Positions 50,351 to 60,427 of a stretch of DNA of 64,000 bases are shown here, one piece after another; within the stretch, counting starts at the first letter, position 1; each line of letters starts with the position of its first letter. The notes below the pieces were generated by a model. That model had not been told where the DNA came from. It saw only the letters and a program-made list of their open reading frames with translations, and searched no databases. The position numbers were made by a program, and so were the translations under genes. The DNA is from an uncultured delta proteobacterium (lineage in GTDB: Bacteria; Myxococcota_A; Polyangia; Polyangiales; Polyangiaceae), in NCBI GenBank assembly GCA_963806225.1, contig CAWDXG010000001.1:1792001-1856000 (forward strand). Direction: 5' to 3'.

Positions 50351-51907
50351 TCAGTCCGTCCCCGCGTCTGCGGGTGCGTAGGCGGCCTGCACCGCCGTGT
50401 AGACCGGCGTGTCCGGCAGCCGCAGGTCGAGCACGTAGGTCATCGCGCCGTCGCCGTAGCCCTGCGCGGACAGCGGCAGCGCAGCATCGAGTACCGCCCC
50501 GACGTACGAGGCCGTCGGTGGATGGGTAGGATCGGACGAGAGTTTCGCCGCATAGACCATCGTGACGAGCGAAGCCGTACGCACTGCTGCCACGTCGAAC
50601 GACGCGCTGCTAGCCGACGTGGTCCAGCCTGCGCCCCCGCTCTCGAAATCTCCGTTCTGGAGCGAGAGCCCCGTCCCCTGGACCTCGTCGAACCACAGCG
50701 TCTGGCCGAAGTTGGACACGCCTTTTTCGTGCGTCACGCGGAAGGCGACGCTGACGGAGCTCTTCTGCGCCAGGCTGGACGGCAGATCGACGTGAACCTT
50801 CCGCCAGGCATAGCGGCTGACGCCCCCGATGTCCTGTTGCCAGACGACGGCGCCGTCGACGAGGAGCTGGGCGAAGACATAGCCGCTCGTCGTGCCGGCG
50901 AAGTCGTGCTGCCACGAGAAGTCGATGGCGAAGGGACCTGACCCGGTGATGCTCGCGGTCTGCTCGACGGAGCCGTAGGTCCCGGCCGTCGACGGCGTGC
51001 CCCACGGAAAATGGAGCTGGACGCAGCCGCTTCGCCGCCTGTCCGGGGTCTTGTAGTCGCGCAGGCACGAGAGCTGGGCGCCGAGCGTCTCGATCTCCGG
51101 AGCGGCCGAAGAGGTGACGTAGGTGTTGGCGTTCTTGCCGTCACGGAACGGGAAGATCACGCCCGCGACGTCGGCACGCAGCGGCGCGATGATGGCGCTC
51201 TGTCCTTCCAGGTCGGGCCAGTAGAGCACCGGCCAGAATCCCATGGCCGGCGCGATCGCCTGGGCCGCTTGCACCATCTGGTGCACGTAGCTCTTCGAGA
51301 AGAGCTTGCACGGCGCGCCCGGCCTGAGCGACGAGTTGTATCCGAAGTCGTCGATGGCGAATGCCGTCAGGTTCGGATGCGACAGCGACAGCGTGGCGAT
51401 CTGCTTCGCCCATGCGACGTAGTCCATCTGGTAGGGCGGATAGCTGCCGCCGGCACAGCCCGACGCACCGGGCACTTCGGTCGGCGGCACCAGATAGACC
51501 CAGACGTTGATGTGGCTCTTGGCTGTTGCGTCCAGGAACGCGGGGAGCGTGTCCCACTCGCTCTGGGGATCGCGATAGATCAGGTACGCATACGTATCGA
51601 CGTGCGCGTTGGAAAGGCGCGCGACGGTCTGCGCGACGTCGATCGCGTTCGACGTCGCGTCATGCAGCACGCCCGCGTAGTCGCCGTGGACGACCGGAAA
51701 CCGCGGCGGCGACTGGGCGTCCGCGTCGGCCTCCGCTTCTGGCGAGCCGTCCGGCGGAGCCATCGCGTCGGCGCCTGATTCGGGCGAGCCGTCCGGCGGA
51801 GCCGTCGCGTCGGCGGGCGCCCCCGAGTCCCTTGGGCTCGACCTCGGCGAGCTGCACATCGCAGCCGCGGGCAACAGAGCGAGAAGAGCCAGCCACACAG
51901 CTCGCAT
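50351..51907 (-). CDS. Secreted protein, possible glycoside hydrolase-like barrel with inserted carbohydrate-binding domain
   Basis: Signal peptide; duplicated DAxAPPDGSPE linker; HPNLTAFAIDDF; jelly-roll-like insert ending LQNGDFESG. Confidence 0.6.
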   Translation of the reverse strand: MRAVWLALLALLPAAAMCSSPRSSPRDSGAPADATAPPDGSPESGADAMAPPDGSPEAEADADAQSPPRFPVVHGDYAGVLHDATSNAIDVAQTVARLSNAHVDTYAYLIYRDPQSEWDTLPAFLDATAKSHINVWVYLVPPTEVPGASGCAGGSYPPYQMDYVAWAKQIATLSLSHPNLTAFAIDDFGYNSSLRPGAPCKLFSKSYVHQMVQAAQAIAPAMGFWPVLYWPDLEGQSAIIAPLRADVAGVIFPFRDGKNANTYVTSSAAPEIETLGAQLSCLRDYKTPDRRRSGCVQLHFPWGTPSTAGTYGSVEQTASITGSGPFAIDFSWQHDFAGTTSGYVFAQLLVDGAVVWQQDIGGVSRYAWRKVHVDLPSSLAQKSSVSVAFRVTHEKGVSNFGQTLWFDEVQGTGLSLQNGDFESGGAGWTTSASSASFDVAAVRTASLVTMVYAAKLSSDPTHPPTASYVGAVLDAALPLSAQGYGDGAMTYVLDLRLPDTPVYTAVQAAYAPADAGTD

Positions 51908-52191
51908 CGACGTGGAACAATCCCATCATGGGTCGGCGCCGTGGACAAGCGCTGGTTCAAGGAAGCCGCTTGACGAGACACCGGGCGCGACGCAGCTTCC
52001 GCACATGTACGTCGAGGCGTTCGACGCGCTCGGGGCATTGTACGTATGTCGTTTCCGCCCGGGGCCGGAGGCCGACACGGACGTCGACTACGCCGCGCAC
52101 GTTGCCGCTGCGTCCGCAACACCTCATCCGGACTACGCGCGGTCGAAGTCCGGCCCGAACTTGTGCGGAAAACGGGAAGGTCTCCGATCGG

Positions 52192-53367
52192 TCAATACTG
52201 CGCGCAGGCCGATCGGATCGCGTCCCGCGTTGCGGCGAGGCCTGCGTCCGTCGCCGTGACGTCGTGCGGGGTCCCCGGCACGACCTGCAGCACGTGGTCC
52301 GAGGTGATCGCGTCGTAATAGAGGAGCACCGCCGCCGAGCACTCGTCCCCCCCGAGGAGGAGGCGCACCTTGGTCTGCGGGTACGACAGGTGGGAGTCCG
52401 GTGCCAGGACCCCGTCTCCGGCCAGGGCGGGCACGTCGGGGTCCTGCGGGTCGGTGCAGGGGTGCTGCGGCGCCCAGGCCGTGTCCACCACGCCGGCCGC
52501 GCCCTGCAGCGTGCAGTAGAGGGAGTCGGGGCACGTGAGGCCGTAGCGCGTGGCGAGGCTGCGGCAGTCGCCGTCGAGCCAGCTCGCCGGCGCCACGCTG
52601 GGGCAGACGACGTCCAGACGACTCATCGACGGTCCTCCCAACAGAATCGCACCCCCGAGTCGATCGGCGGCGTCCCACCGCGCCAGCCCGTAGGCGATTT
52701 CAATCGCGCCGCCCGAGGAGCCCAGCGCGCACAGGGGAACCGACGGCGGGTGCAGCGTCTGGTCGACCCAGCGGAGCAGCGTCGCGTAGCGGCAGGAGGA
52801 CGCCCGGACCCCGGCGCCGCCCTGGAACCACCCGGGGGCGTCCCACTTACGCTGGGCCACGACGAAACCGCCGCCTGCAAGCTCGGTGACGAGGCCGGCC
52901 CCCGGCGGGCTGCCCTCGAAAAAGCCCTGGCCACCGCCACCCGTTCCGAGGACGATGACCGCTTTGGCCGCCCCGGCGGGCGGGGTGGTGACGCGCACGT
53001 CGACGGCCAGGTCGGAGAGGCCGGGGCAGGCAATCGAGAGCCGGGTGCAGGTCGTCCCCGGGATCGACCCGGGGTCGCAGGGCCCCACGGTCCGGACCGT
53101 CCCCGGGGGCGGGGGTGCTGCGTCCGTGCCGGAGTCCGCCCGCGCGTCCCCCGCTCCGTCGCGCGACGAGCCGCCGTCGTCGGGTGCGCGCATGCGGCTC
53201 GGCTGCGAGCACCCGACGAGCAGCACGGCGAGCGTCAGCCACGCGGGCGCAGAACCTCCTCGGCGGCTGGGCCGCCTCACGGAGGGGCTCCTCCGCGTGG
53301 CCGCACCGGAAGCGGCGCAGCGACTGGGAGCGGAGGGCGAACTCTGCGCTGAAAGGATATCACGCAT
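52192..53367 (-). CDS. Alpha/beta-hydrolase-fold lipoprotein
   Basis: Lipobox LLVGC; GTGGGG; nucleophile CALGSSGGA; VPGTPH; start at MRDIL uncertain. Confidence 0.6.
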   Translation of the reverse strand: MRDILSAQSSPSAPSRCAASGAATRRSPSVRRPSRRGGSAPAWLTLAVLLVGCSQPSRMRAPDDGGSSRDGAGDARADSGTDAAPPPPGTVRTVGPCDPGSIPGTTCTRLSIACPGLSDLAVDVRVTTPPAGAAKAVIVLGTGGGGQGFFEGSPPGAGLVTELAGGGFVVAQRKWDAPGWFQGGAGVRASSCRYATLLRWVDQTLHPPSVPLCALGSSGGAIEIAYGLARWDAADRLGGAILLGGPSMSRLDVVCPSVAPASWLDGDCRSLATRYGLTCPDSLYCTLQGAAGVVDTAWAPQHPCTDPQDPDVPALAGDGVLAPDSHLSYPQTKVRLLLGGDECSAAVLLYYDAITSDHVLQVVPGTPHDVTATDAGLAATRDAIRSACAQY

Positions 53368-53384
53368 GTGCGCCCCGCCCGGTC

Positions 53385-54267
53385 TCAGAAGGACGTTCCG
53401 TAGGGCGGCGACGGCGCCTCTCGCAGTGGGTGTCACGCCGACGGCGAGCGTGGTCGAGCCCTCCTTGACGGTAGGTCGCTTCAGGTACAACCACGTTGCC
53501 GCGCCGAGCGCCACGGCACCGATCGCCAGGGAGATGTCTGCACCCCGGAACTTTCCCTGGGCGCCGTTCTGGCAGGAATTGAACGTGCCCGGTGGCGCGC
53601 TCTGGGCGCAATCGCTGCTGCCCCGCTGCAACAAGCCGAGGGTGCCGAAGGTCGCGAAGCTCGCCAGGGCCGCAGCACCCACGCCGCCCAGCACCCACGT
53701 CGCAACGGGCACCGGACGCTCCGGCCCGCCCGGGTTGCGCTGCGTGCCCTGGTCAACCGGCGGCGAGAACTCGCTGCGCTCGGGGGCGGGCGCCGACGGG
53801 AAGGTTACCAACGTCCGGGCGGTGGTTCCGTTGTCATCGAGCGAAACGTATCTCGTCTGATCCGCACTTCCGTCGGAGTGGAATATGAACTCGTGCTTGC
53901 CCGGGTCCAGCTCGACAGGACTGGACGGAAGCGGGACGGCCGGCTTGCCGTCGATCGAGACTCGTACCCCCGCCAGCGTGTGGCCGCGATCGTTGCGGGC
54001 CAAGAGACGCACCGAAGGTACATCTGCGTTCACCTCGTCGAGCCAGCGCTTGCACGCCTTCCGTACCACGCTGGGACAAGAGGTCAGGGCACACGTCGCG
54101 AAGCTCTGGCGCGCTTCGAGTAGCTTGCCGGCGCGTTGCAGTTTCTGGCCATCGACCGGCGCCGTGAGGCAGGGGTCGCTCTTCGAGCCCTGTGCAGACG
54201 CCCGAGTCGACATGCCTAGCAACGGCACGATCAGCCACAGGGCGCTGGCTCTCGATCTCACCGGCAT
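53385..54267 (-). CDS. PEGA-like domain protein (Polyangiaceae type), fused to the next ORF by an apparent 1-nt insertion
   Basis: Signal; CLTAPVDGQKLQRAGKLLEARQSFATCA; VELDPGKHEF; two C-terminal TMs; the alternative frame ends YGTSF*. Confidence 0.7.
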
Positions 54268-54767
54268 ATCCTATCGAAATGTTCGATGCCCGACGAATCG
54301 ATACGCGTCTGGAGCCAGCACTTCGGCTCTCTGCGTGGCACGGCATGCCGGACGGTCCGGTGCGCGGGAGCCGGGGGTGTCGGGGCTGCGCCGGCGTCCC
54401 CGTTCGTCGTGGACGCGTTTTCGCTGGGCGGCGCGGCGCTCGCCGGGGTGTTGGACGAAGCCGGACCGGCCCCCAAGCCGGCGCCGTCGTGGCTGGTGCT
54501 CCTCGCAGCCGCCGTGACCGATCCTCTGGCAGGCGCTGCTGAAGCGGGAGCCGTCCCTCGTGGTGCGCCCGACCTGCGCTAGATCGTCCTCGACCCGGAT
54601 CTGGAGGTCGGTCGCGCACCGGACCCGGAACCGCGGTCAATCGACACATAGCCCGTCGCAGGTGTTTCCGTTTGCGCAGGTGATGGCGCACGCGCAGTCG
54701 AGTTGCAGGCGCGCACTCTGCGTTGGTGGTGCAGTGAGCGCCGCACTTGTCATAGTCGTCCGGGCCG

Positions 54768-54986
54768 ATGGAGTTCCCGCCAGCGACGCCGCAGATGCCG
54801 TTGACGTTGACGGCCGCAGAGAGGAACATCGTTGGACTGCTGCTCCTGGGCAGCTCGAACACCGCCATCGCGTGCTCGCGACGCACCTCCGTCCACACGG
54901 TGGCCAACCAGACCGCCAGCATCTACAGGAAGCTCGACGTGACAAGCCGCTCCGAGCTGTACACGTCGGCGGCGCGCCAGGGGTAG
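54768..54986 (+). CDS. Stand-alone LuxR-type HTH protein (possibly a fragment)
   Basis: LTAAERNIVGLLLLGSSNTAIA..RRTSVHTVANQTASIYRKLDVTSRSEL. Confidence 0.7.
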   Translation: MEFPPATPQMPLTLTAAERNIVGLLLLGSSNTAIACSRRTSVHTVANQTASIYRKLDVTSRSELYTSAARQG

Positions 54987-55314
54987 CCGCAGCCGCTCCT
55001 GTCGACCCTACTCCGGTTCCACCGTACTCGCTGCACTACTGCGACCCCAAGGTCTCCCCGACCGAGCCGTGCGTGTCGTACGTCCAATCGATCGTGAACG
55101 GCGGCGGGATCGCGAGCATGGGCGGTTGCGAAAACGCGACATCGTTCACGATCCAGTAGGCCGCGCGCGGCTCGACGGCGTCGAGCCGTCGCTGCAGCCG
55201 GCGTGGCAGCGGCTCAGGCGTTGAGCGCATTCCTCGCCCCGGCCCGACCTGGTACACGAGTCGACGCGGCAGCCCGGCGCGCGTACTGTTCGTCGGCGCC
55301 GGATCCACCATTGG

Positions 55315-55938
55315 TTGTCGGCGCCGGGGCACACGAACGAGCCGAACTTGAAGCACACACCACAGCACACCCGACAGAGCCCGAGATGGACGGGATGGGG
55401 CGCGCTCCTGGGCATGCTCGGACTGGGATTCGGTGTGGCGGCGATTGCTGCGACCGCCGCCTGGCAGACAGGATGGTTCCCTGGGTCTCGCAGGCCCCCC
55501 GAGACGAAGACACCGTCGTCGGAAGTGCGTCCGGCGCCCGCTGCGTCGCTGCCGCCGGCTGCTGCGGGCGCGGAATCCGCGGTGCCGCCGCCGCATCCAG
55601 CACAGGCATCACCGCGCGCGGAGCCCGAAACCACGTTGCGTGCGATGATCGCGGGGTCGCATCGCTGGTCCGTGAGTACGGCGCGGACGGGTCGCAGCGC
55701 GGCGTCTCCCATTTCGTGCGCGACAGACGGCGGCAAGTTCACGTGTAGCGACTACTGCGGGACCAACGCCGGCAAGATCTCGATATCTGCAGACGACTCG
55801 AAGCTGACGCAGGTGTTCGTGATGTTCTGCAAACGTCCGACGCACAAGGTGCTGGACTACGATGTCGAGTCGTTCAGTCACACGCGCTTCCGGCTGCAGG
55901 GTCCGAAGGACTGGCAGGAGTGGGTGCTGGACGACTGA
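55315..55938 (+). CDS. Hypothetical membrane-anchored protein
   Basis: One TM, Pro/Ala linker, small Cys-containing C-domain; start uncertain. Confidence 0.5.
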   Translation: MSAPGHTNEPNLKHTPQHTRQSPRWTGWGALLGMLGLGFGVAAIAATAAWQTGWFPGSRRPPETKTPSSEVRPAPAASLPPAAAGAESAVPPPHPAQASPRAEPETTLRAMIAGSHRWSVSTARTGRSAASPISCATDGGKFTCSDYCGTNAGKISISADDSKLTQVFVMFCKRPTHKVLDYDVESFSHTRFRLQGPKDWQEWVLDD

Positions 55939-56093
55939 CGCGACCTGGGTGCCCTGGCCCGGCGAATAGTCTTCGATCCTGCGCATGCCCCGGATGTTCT
56001 CACTCTCCCGGCAACGACGCGAACGCCCAGAGCTCGTTGACGCGCGACAAGCAAGGCGAGTGCAACGGAGGCGGCAGTGCTAGATCGGAGACC

Positions 56094-56777
56094 GTGAGCC
56101 CATTGCCGTACACTCGACGCCTGCTGCTCCTGCTCGCCGCGCCGTTCTTCGTCGGCGCGTGCGCCGGGGCCTGGGGGCGGCTGAATGCGATTCCGGATTG
56201 TCCGGGTGGCACGGAGATGGCCGAGACGCAGCACCGGGAGGGAGTCGGCTGCTATCGCAATGGGGCGCCGGACGGGCCGTTCGTGTTCTTCGACGACGAC
56301 GGACACGTCACGGCCAGGATGACGTTCAAGAGCGGCAAGATGGAGGGGCGCGTCACGTTCTACTACCCGGATGGGCACGTGAAGTTCGTGACCAACATGC
56401 ACCAAGGAAAGATGGAAGGCCGGCTTGTGGTGTACCGCGACGACGGCAGCATCCGGAAGATCGCCACGCACCGCCACGGTGTGCTCGACGGTCCCTACGA
56501 GGAGCGCCGCGCGGACGGCTCGCCGGTGGTGCGCGGGCAGTTCGCCGGCGGGCTCAAGCAGGGCAAGTGGAGCTCCTGGAGCGCGCGCGGCGTCAAGCCA
56601 CGGACGCTCGAGTTCGATCACGGACGCGCCGTGATTCCGCTGCTGGAGATCCACCGCCTGCCCGAGGACGCGGGAGCGCCGAGCGTGTCGGACGCCGGGG
56701 CTCCGGTCGACGATGGTGGCAGCGTGTCCGAGGCCGGCGCCGATGCAGCGCAAGACATTGGCGACGCGGCGCCGTGA
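56094..56777 (+). CDS. MORN-variant repeat (YwqK-like) lipoprotein
   Basis: Repeats FKSGKMEGRVTFYYPDG / HQGKMEGRLVVYRDDG / HGVLDGPYEE / GLKQGKW; lipobox VGAC. Confidence 0.8.
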   Translation: MSPLPYTRRLLLLLAAPFFVGACAGAWGRLNAIPDCPGGTEMAETQHREGVGCYRNGAPDGPFVFFDDDGHVTARMTFKSGKMEGRVTFYYPDGHVKFVTNMHQGKMEGRLVVYRDDGSIRKIATHRHGVLDGPYEERRADGSPVVRGQFAGGLKQGKWSSWSARGVKPRTLEFDHGRAVIPLLEIHRLPEDAGAPSVSDAGAPVDDGGSVSEAGADAAQDIGDAAP

Positions 56778-58135
56778 CCGTCCGGTCGCACCGTCGCGTC
56801 GTAGCGCTCGCGTTCGTCGCTGTGGGTTGTGCGGTTGTTCACCGCGCGCCCGGGCGCCGTGCCGCGCCACCGCCCGCTAGACCGATCGCCACGGCTTCGG
56901 CTCCCGCTTCACAGCCGAGGGCGTCGGCCGCGCCTGCGGCGCCGCCGCCGCAGATCGATCCGGACGGCAACGATGAGACGAAGAGCGCTGCGATCGCGCT
57001 GCCGGCACACGGACACTTCGAGAAGGTCGGGCGGCACTGGGCGGCACTCTCGCGCGTGTGCGACTTCGCCGTGGTGGGCGATGCGCTGGTCATGGCGCAT
57101 GCGACCAGACCGCTCGGATTCGGCGGCGCGACGCTGACGCGCTACGCGCCGGACGCGAAGCCGCCGTTCTCGCTCGTGTTCGACTGGAACCGCGAGCACG
57201 AGCCGCAGAAGGGCGGCGGAGGAGGGCAGGGCTTCCTGCGCATCCGGCAGATCGACGGGCGGCTGTACGTTCCGGATGCGGATCCGCCGTATCTCGGGCT
57301 CGGGCTCGCCGCCGGCGTAGAGGGCTACGTGTTCGAAAGCGATGCGACTGGCAGGTTTGCTCGCCCGCGTTCGCCGCACCACCTGCCGCCCGCCGCGCCC
57401 ACGGACAAAAACGCCGGCGCGATCGTGCTGCCCGGCGCGATCCACGACTTCGACGTGATCCGCTACCGCGGAAAGCTCTACGCCTCGACCAGCGCGGCGA
57501 TCCCGCCCAAGGCGACGGCCAGCTCGTCGCCGGGCACGCTGTTCACGCCGGGCGACAAGCCCGGTCGCTGGCGCGTCGCGTACACGTATGCGGGCGCGCC
57601 GGGGGAAGCGTCGGTGCGCCTCGGCTACATGACGCGTTTCCGCGATCGGCTGTACGTCGCCATCAGCCCGCTCTACGACATCGACCGCCACGACTTCGTG
57701 GTGTTCAAGCTGCCGCGCGATGCCAAAGCGATCTCGGCGGACTACGCCACGCCGGTGCAGGTGACCAAGTCCGGGGGCGCGCACACGCTCTGCTGGTACG
57801 CCGACCGCGGCAGCCTGTACTGGATCACGATCGGCTCCGACGGCGGGCAGATCCGCGTCACGAAGGACGGTGACGCATTCAACGTGCTCCCGCTGCCGCC
57901 GGATGCGGGCAGCCCAAGCGACGTGCTGCGCGTGGGCGAGCACCTGCTCGTGCTGGCGGAGCATGGCCTCTACGAGCTGTCGGACGGAGCCTTCCGCCTG
58001 ATCGCGCCCGCGCCCCCGAAGTCGATCTTCAAGGTCGACGACGCCTACTGCGCGCCGCCCATGGTCGTGTTCAAAGGCACGCTCTACGCCGGCGGCCAGC
58101 ACCGCGGTGCGTTGTGGCGGCTTTCGGCGGACTGA
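56774..58135 (+). CDS. Beta-propeller-like lipoprotein
   Basis: GTGA overlap with the upstream gene; lipobox AVGC; repeated blades (YRGKLYAST, FRDRLYVA, FKGTLYAG). Confidence 0.7.
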   Translation: MTVRSHRRVVALAFVAVGCAVVHRAPGRRAAPPPARPIATASAPASQPRASAAPAAPPPQIDPDGNDETKSAAIALPAHGHFEKVGRHWAALSRVCDFAVVGDALVMAHATRPLGFGGATLTRYAPDAKPPFSLVFDWNREHEPQKGGGGGQGFLRIRQIDGRLYVPDADPPYLGLGLAAGVEGYVFESDATGRFARPRSPHHLPPAAPTDKNAGAIVLPGAIHDFDVIRYRGKLYASTSAAIPPKATASSSPGTLFTPGDKPGRWRVAYTYAGAPGEASVRLGYMTRFRDRLYVAISPLYDIDRHDFVVFKLPRDAKAISADYATPVQVTKSGGAHTLCWYADRGSLYWITIGSDGGQIRVTKDGDAFNVLPLPPDAGSPSDVLRVGEHLLVLAEHGLYELSDGAFRLIAPAPPKSIFKVDDAYCAPPMVVFKGTLYAGGQHRGALWRLSAD

Positions 58136-58327
58136 GCGCAGCCTGATCTGCACGCCGCTCCCGTGCGCCTGCACCATCAAGCTGGCGATGCGGTCGAAAC
58201 GCTACCGCGTGCCGTCGGCTGGAGCCGTCGACCAGCCTCCCCATCATGATCCGGCGCTCTAGCCCCGGGAATCGCGGAGATCAACGCGGGCAGCAGCGCG
58301 CGGACGCCCGGCGTAGACTCGGGCTGG

Positions 58328-58966
58328 ATGTCGCTTGCTCGTCCGGTCGGATCGCTGCTCTGCGCGTTGACATTTGTCGCGTGCGGCGCGCGCACGGGTC
58401 TTGTCGCCGGCACGACGGGCGTGGACGCCGGCGGTGGCGGAGCGCCGTTCGTGGATTCTGGCGCGGGCGCGGGGCCCGTCGACGCGAGCGACGCTTCGCT
58501 CGATGCGAGCGACGCTTCGCTCGACGCGAGCGACGCTTCCAACGACGCGAGCGACGCCACCGCCGAGGCGAGCGATGCAGCCCTCGAGGGCGATCTCTGC
58601 GCGAGCGAGCCCTGTTTGTGCGCGCCCGAGCTGCTGCCGGGCCCGGGCGTGTCGGGCAGCACGTGCACAGCCGTCAATCCGCCCGGCTCGTCGTGCAGCG
58701 CAGTACCGACGGTGTTTTTCCGCTTCACCGTGCCGCCAGCGACCGAGATTCCGCTCTTGCTGTCCGGCCATCTGGCGTGGGGCGTTCTGTGCGCCTGCCC
58801 CGAATCGCCCGGTGCCGGCTGCTGCGTCGGACCTGGCGGCACGACAGGCAACGGTCTGGTCAGCACGGTCCTCGCGAACAAGGGCTCCACTCCGCTTCAC
58901 GGCGCGCTCGAGATCCAGCGCGCCGACGGCCCCTGCGGCGCGTACTCGCTGATGCTCGGCCCGTGA
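58328..58966 (+). CDS. Cys-rich lipoprotein with DASDASL repeats
   Basis: Lipobox FVACGARTGL; ~21-bp tandem repeats at 58481-58558. Confidence 0.7.
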   Translation: MSLARPVGSLLCALTFVACGARTGLVAGTTGVDAGGGGAPFVDSGAGAGPVDASDASLDASDASLDASDASNDASDATAEASDAALEGDLCASEPCLCAPELLPGPGVSGSTCTAVNPPGSSCSAVPTVFFRFTVPPATEIPLLLSGHLAWGVLCACPESPGAGCCVGPGGTTGNGLVSTVLANKGSTPLHGALEIQRADGPCGAYSLMLGP

Positions 58967-59067
58967 GCGATGAACATGCCGGCGGCAGGCGCGACGAGAG
59001 ACTTTTCCGTGGGAATGGCGTATAGGATAGGGTTTGCGATGATGCCCGCAGCGAAGGGGAGAGCCCG

Positions 59068-60230
59068 ATGAATCGACGGTTCACATTGGGAGTTGGAGTC
59101 GTTGTAGCGCTCGCGATCGGGGGGTGCGGCGGCAGCAGCAAGGCCACGTTCGGCAGCGGGGGAACGGCGGGTGTCGATGGAGGCCTGGGGGGCACGGGCG
59201 GTACGGGCGCCATGGGCGGAAGCGGCGCAACGGCCAGCACCGGCGGCACGGCAGGCAGCGGCGGCACGGCAGGCAGCGGCGGCACGGCAGGCAGCGGCGG
59301 CACGGCAGGCAGCGGCGGCACGGCAGGCAGCGGCGGCACGGCAGGCAGCGCGGCACGGCAGGCAGCGCAGGCACGGCAGGCAGCGGCGGCACGGCAGGCA
59401 GCGCAGGCAGCGGCGGCACGGCAGGCAGCGCAGGCAGCGGCGGCACGGCAGGCAGCGCAGGCAGCGCAGGTGCCGATGCAGGAGTCGGAGGAGCTGCAGG
59501 CAGCGGCGGCGCGGATGCCGGAACTGCAGGCAGCGGCGGCACCGACGCCAGCGTTGGAGGCAGTGGCGGGACCGGAGGTGTCGACGCTGGAGGCGCGGGC
59601 AGTGGCGGAACAGCGGGCAGTGGCGGAACCGACGCCGGAACAACCGCTCTCTGCCAGTCGTACTGCGGCAAGCGCGCGAAAGAGGCGACTATCCACAGCT
59701 GCGCCACCTACAACGTGGCGCGCTGCAACGCCGCGTGCGTCATCACGACCAAGTACTGGCCGTGGTGCGGGCCCGATCTCGATACCGCGTACACCTGTCT
59801 GCTTGCGCTGCCCAACTCCAGCTTCAACTGCTCGGGCAACAACAACAGCGTAGAGCCGACTGGCTGCACCACCGAGCGGGACGCGGCCAATAGCTGCTTG
59901 CTCGACGGTCCGGGAACCGGGTTGCCGGATGCGACGACCACCTGCAACGGATACTGCGCGACGACCTCCGGCTTGAGCTGCGCGCAGACGAATTGCCAGA
60001 CGCAGTGCGAATCGCGGGCGACGAACGGCTTCGACGGCAGCGGACACTGCGAGAGCGCATGGGACGCCTACACCTCGTGTGTCGGCCAGGCCCCGAGCTC
60101 GGACTTCAGCTGCAGCAACGGCAACATGCAGGTCTCATCCAGCTCGGAATGCGCGACGCCGGCCTTGGTGGACATTGCCTGTGTCAACCAGTACTGCCAG
60201 GCGCATCCGACGGCATCGGGTTGCCCCTAG
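59068..60230 (+). CDS. Gly-rich, Cys-rich lipoprotein with a frameshift at ~59350
   Basis: Lipobox IGGC in the 59068 frame; GGTAGS x6; Cys-rich C-half in the 59124 frame; one G missing at 59350. Confidence 0.75.
59242..59470. repeat. 18-bp (GGCGGCACGGCAGGCAGC) and 27-bp tandem repeats
   Basis: Six perfect 18-mers at 59242-59349, then GGTAGSAGS-coding variants. Confidence 0.9.
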
Positions 60231-60293
60231 CATTTCCTTGTCGCGGATGATGAACCGCGGCCCGGTGGCGAACGGCGTGGCGTTGCGGAGCTG

Positions 60294-60427
60294 AAGCGCG
60301 GAGTCGTCGGTTCAAGTCCGACCTTCGGCACTACGCCTGGCGCCCCGCCGGCGCAGGACGAGCACGGCGGGCAGGCCCAGCAGGGCAAGCCAGCCGCTAC
60401 CGGCCGGTGTGCGGGGGACGCTGCAGC
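60294..60427 (+). repeat. attR-like right copy: tRNA 3' fragment plus the end of the convergent gene
   Basis: AAGCGCGGAGTCGTCGGTTCAAGTCCGACCTTCGGCA is identical to the tRNA 3' half; similarity continues ~95 bp further. Confidence 0.92.

Larger units (their letters stand above)
44348..60427. mobile_element. ~16 kb genomic island at tRNA-Met, no integrase visible
   Basis: Flanked by direct repeats containing the tRNA 3' half; filled with pseudogenes, IS91-like remnants and orphan secreted genes. Confidence 0.82.

Noticed and set aside
52192..54267. 691-aa PEGA-hydrolase fusion ORF
   Set aside because: Removing one C from the run near 53403 gives the PEGA gene a typical end (AAYGTSF*), and the second half has its own lipoprotein signal; these are probably two genes
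59242..59470. Repeat arrays (also 32008-32121, 47112-47280, 58481-58558) as CRISPR
   Set aside because: No unique spacers, all are in-frame coding repeats, and there are no cas genes
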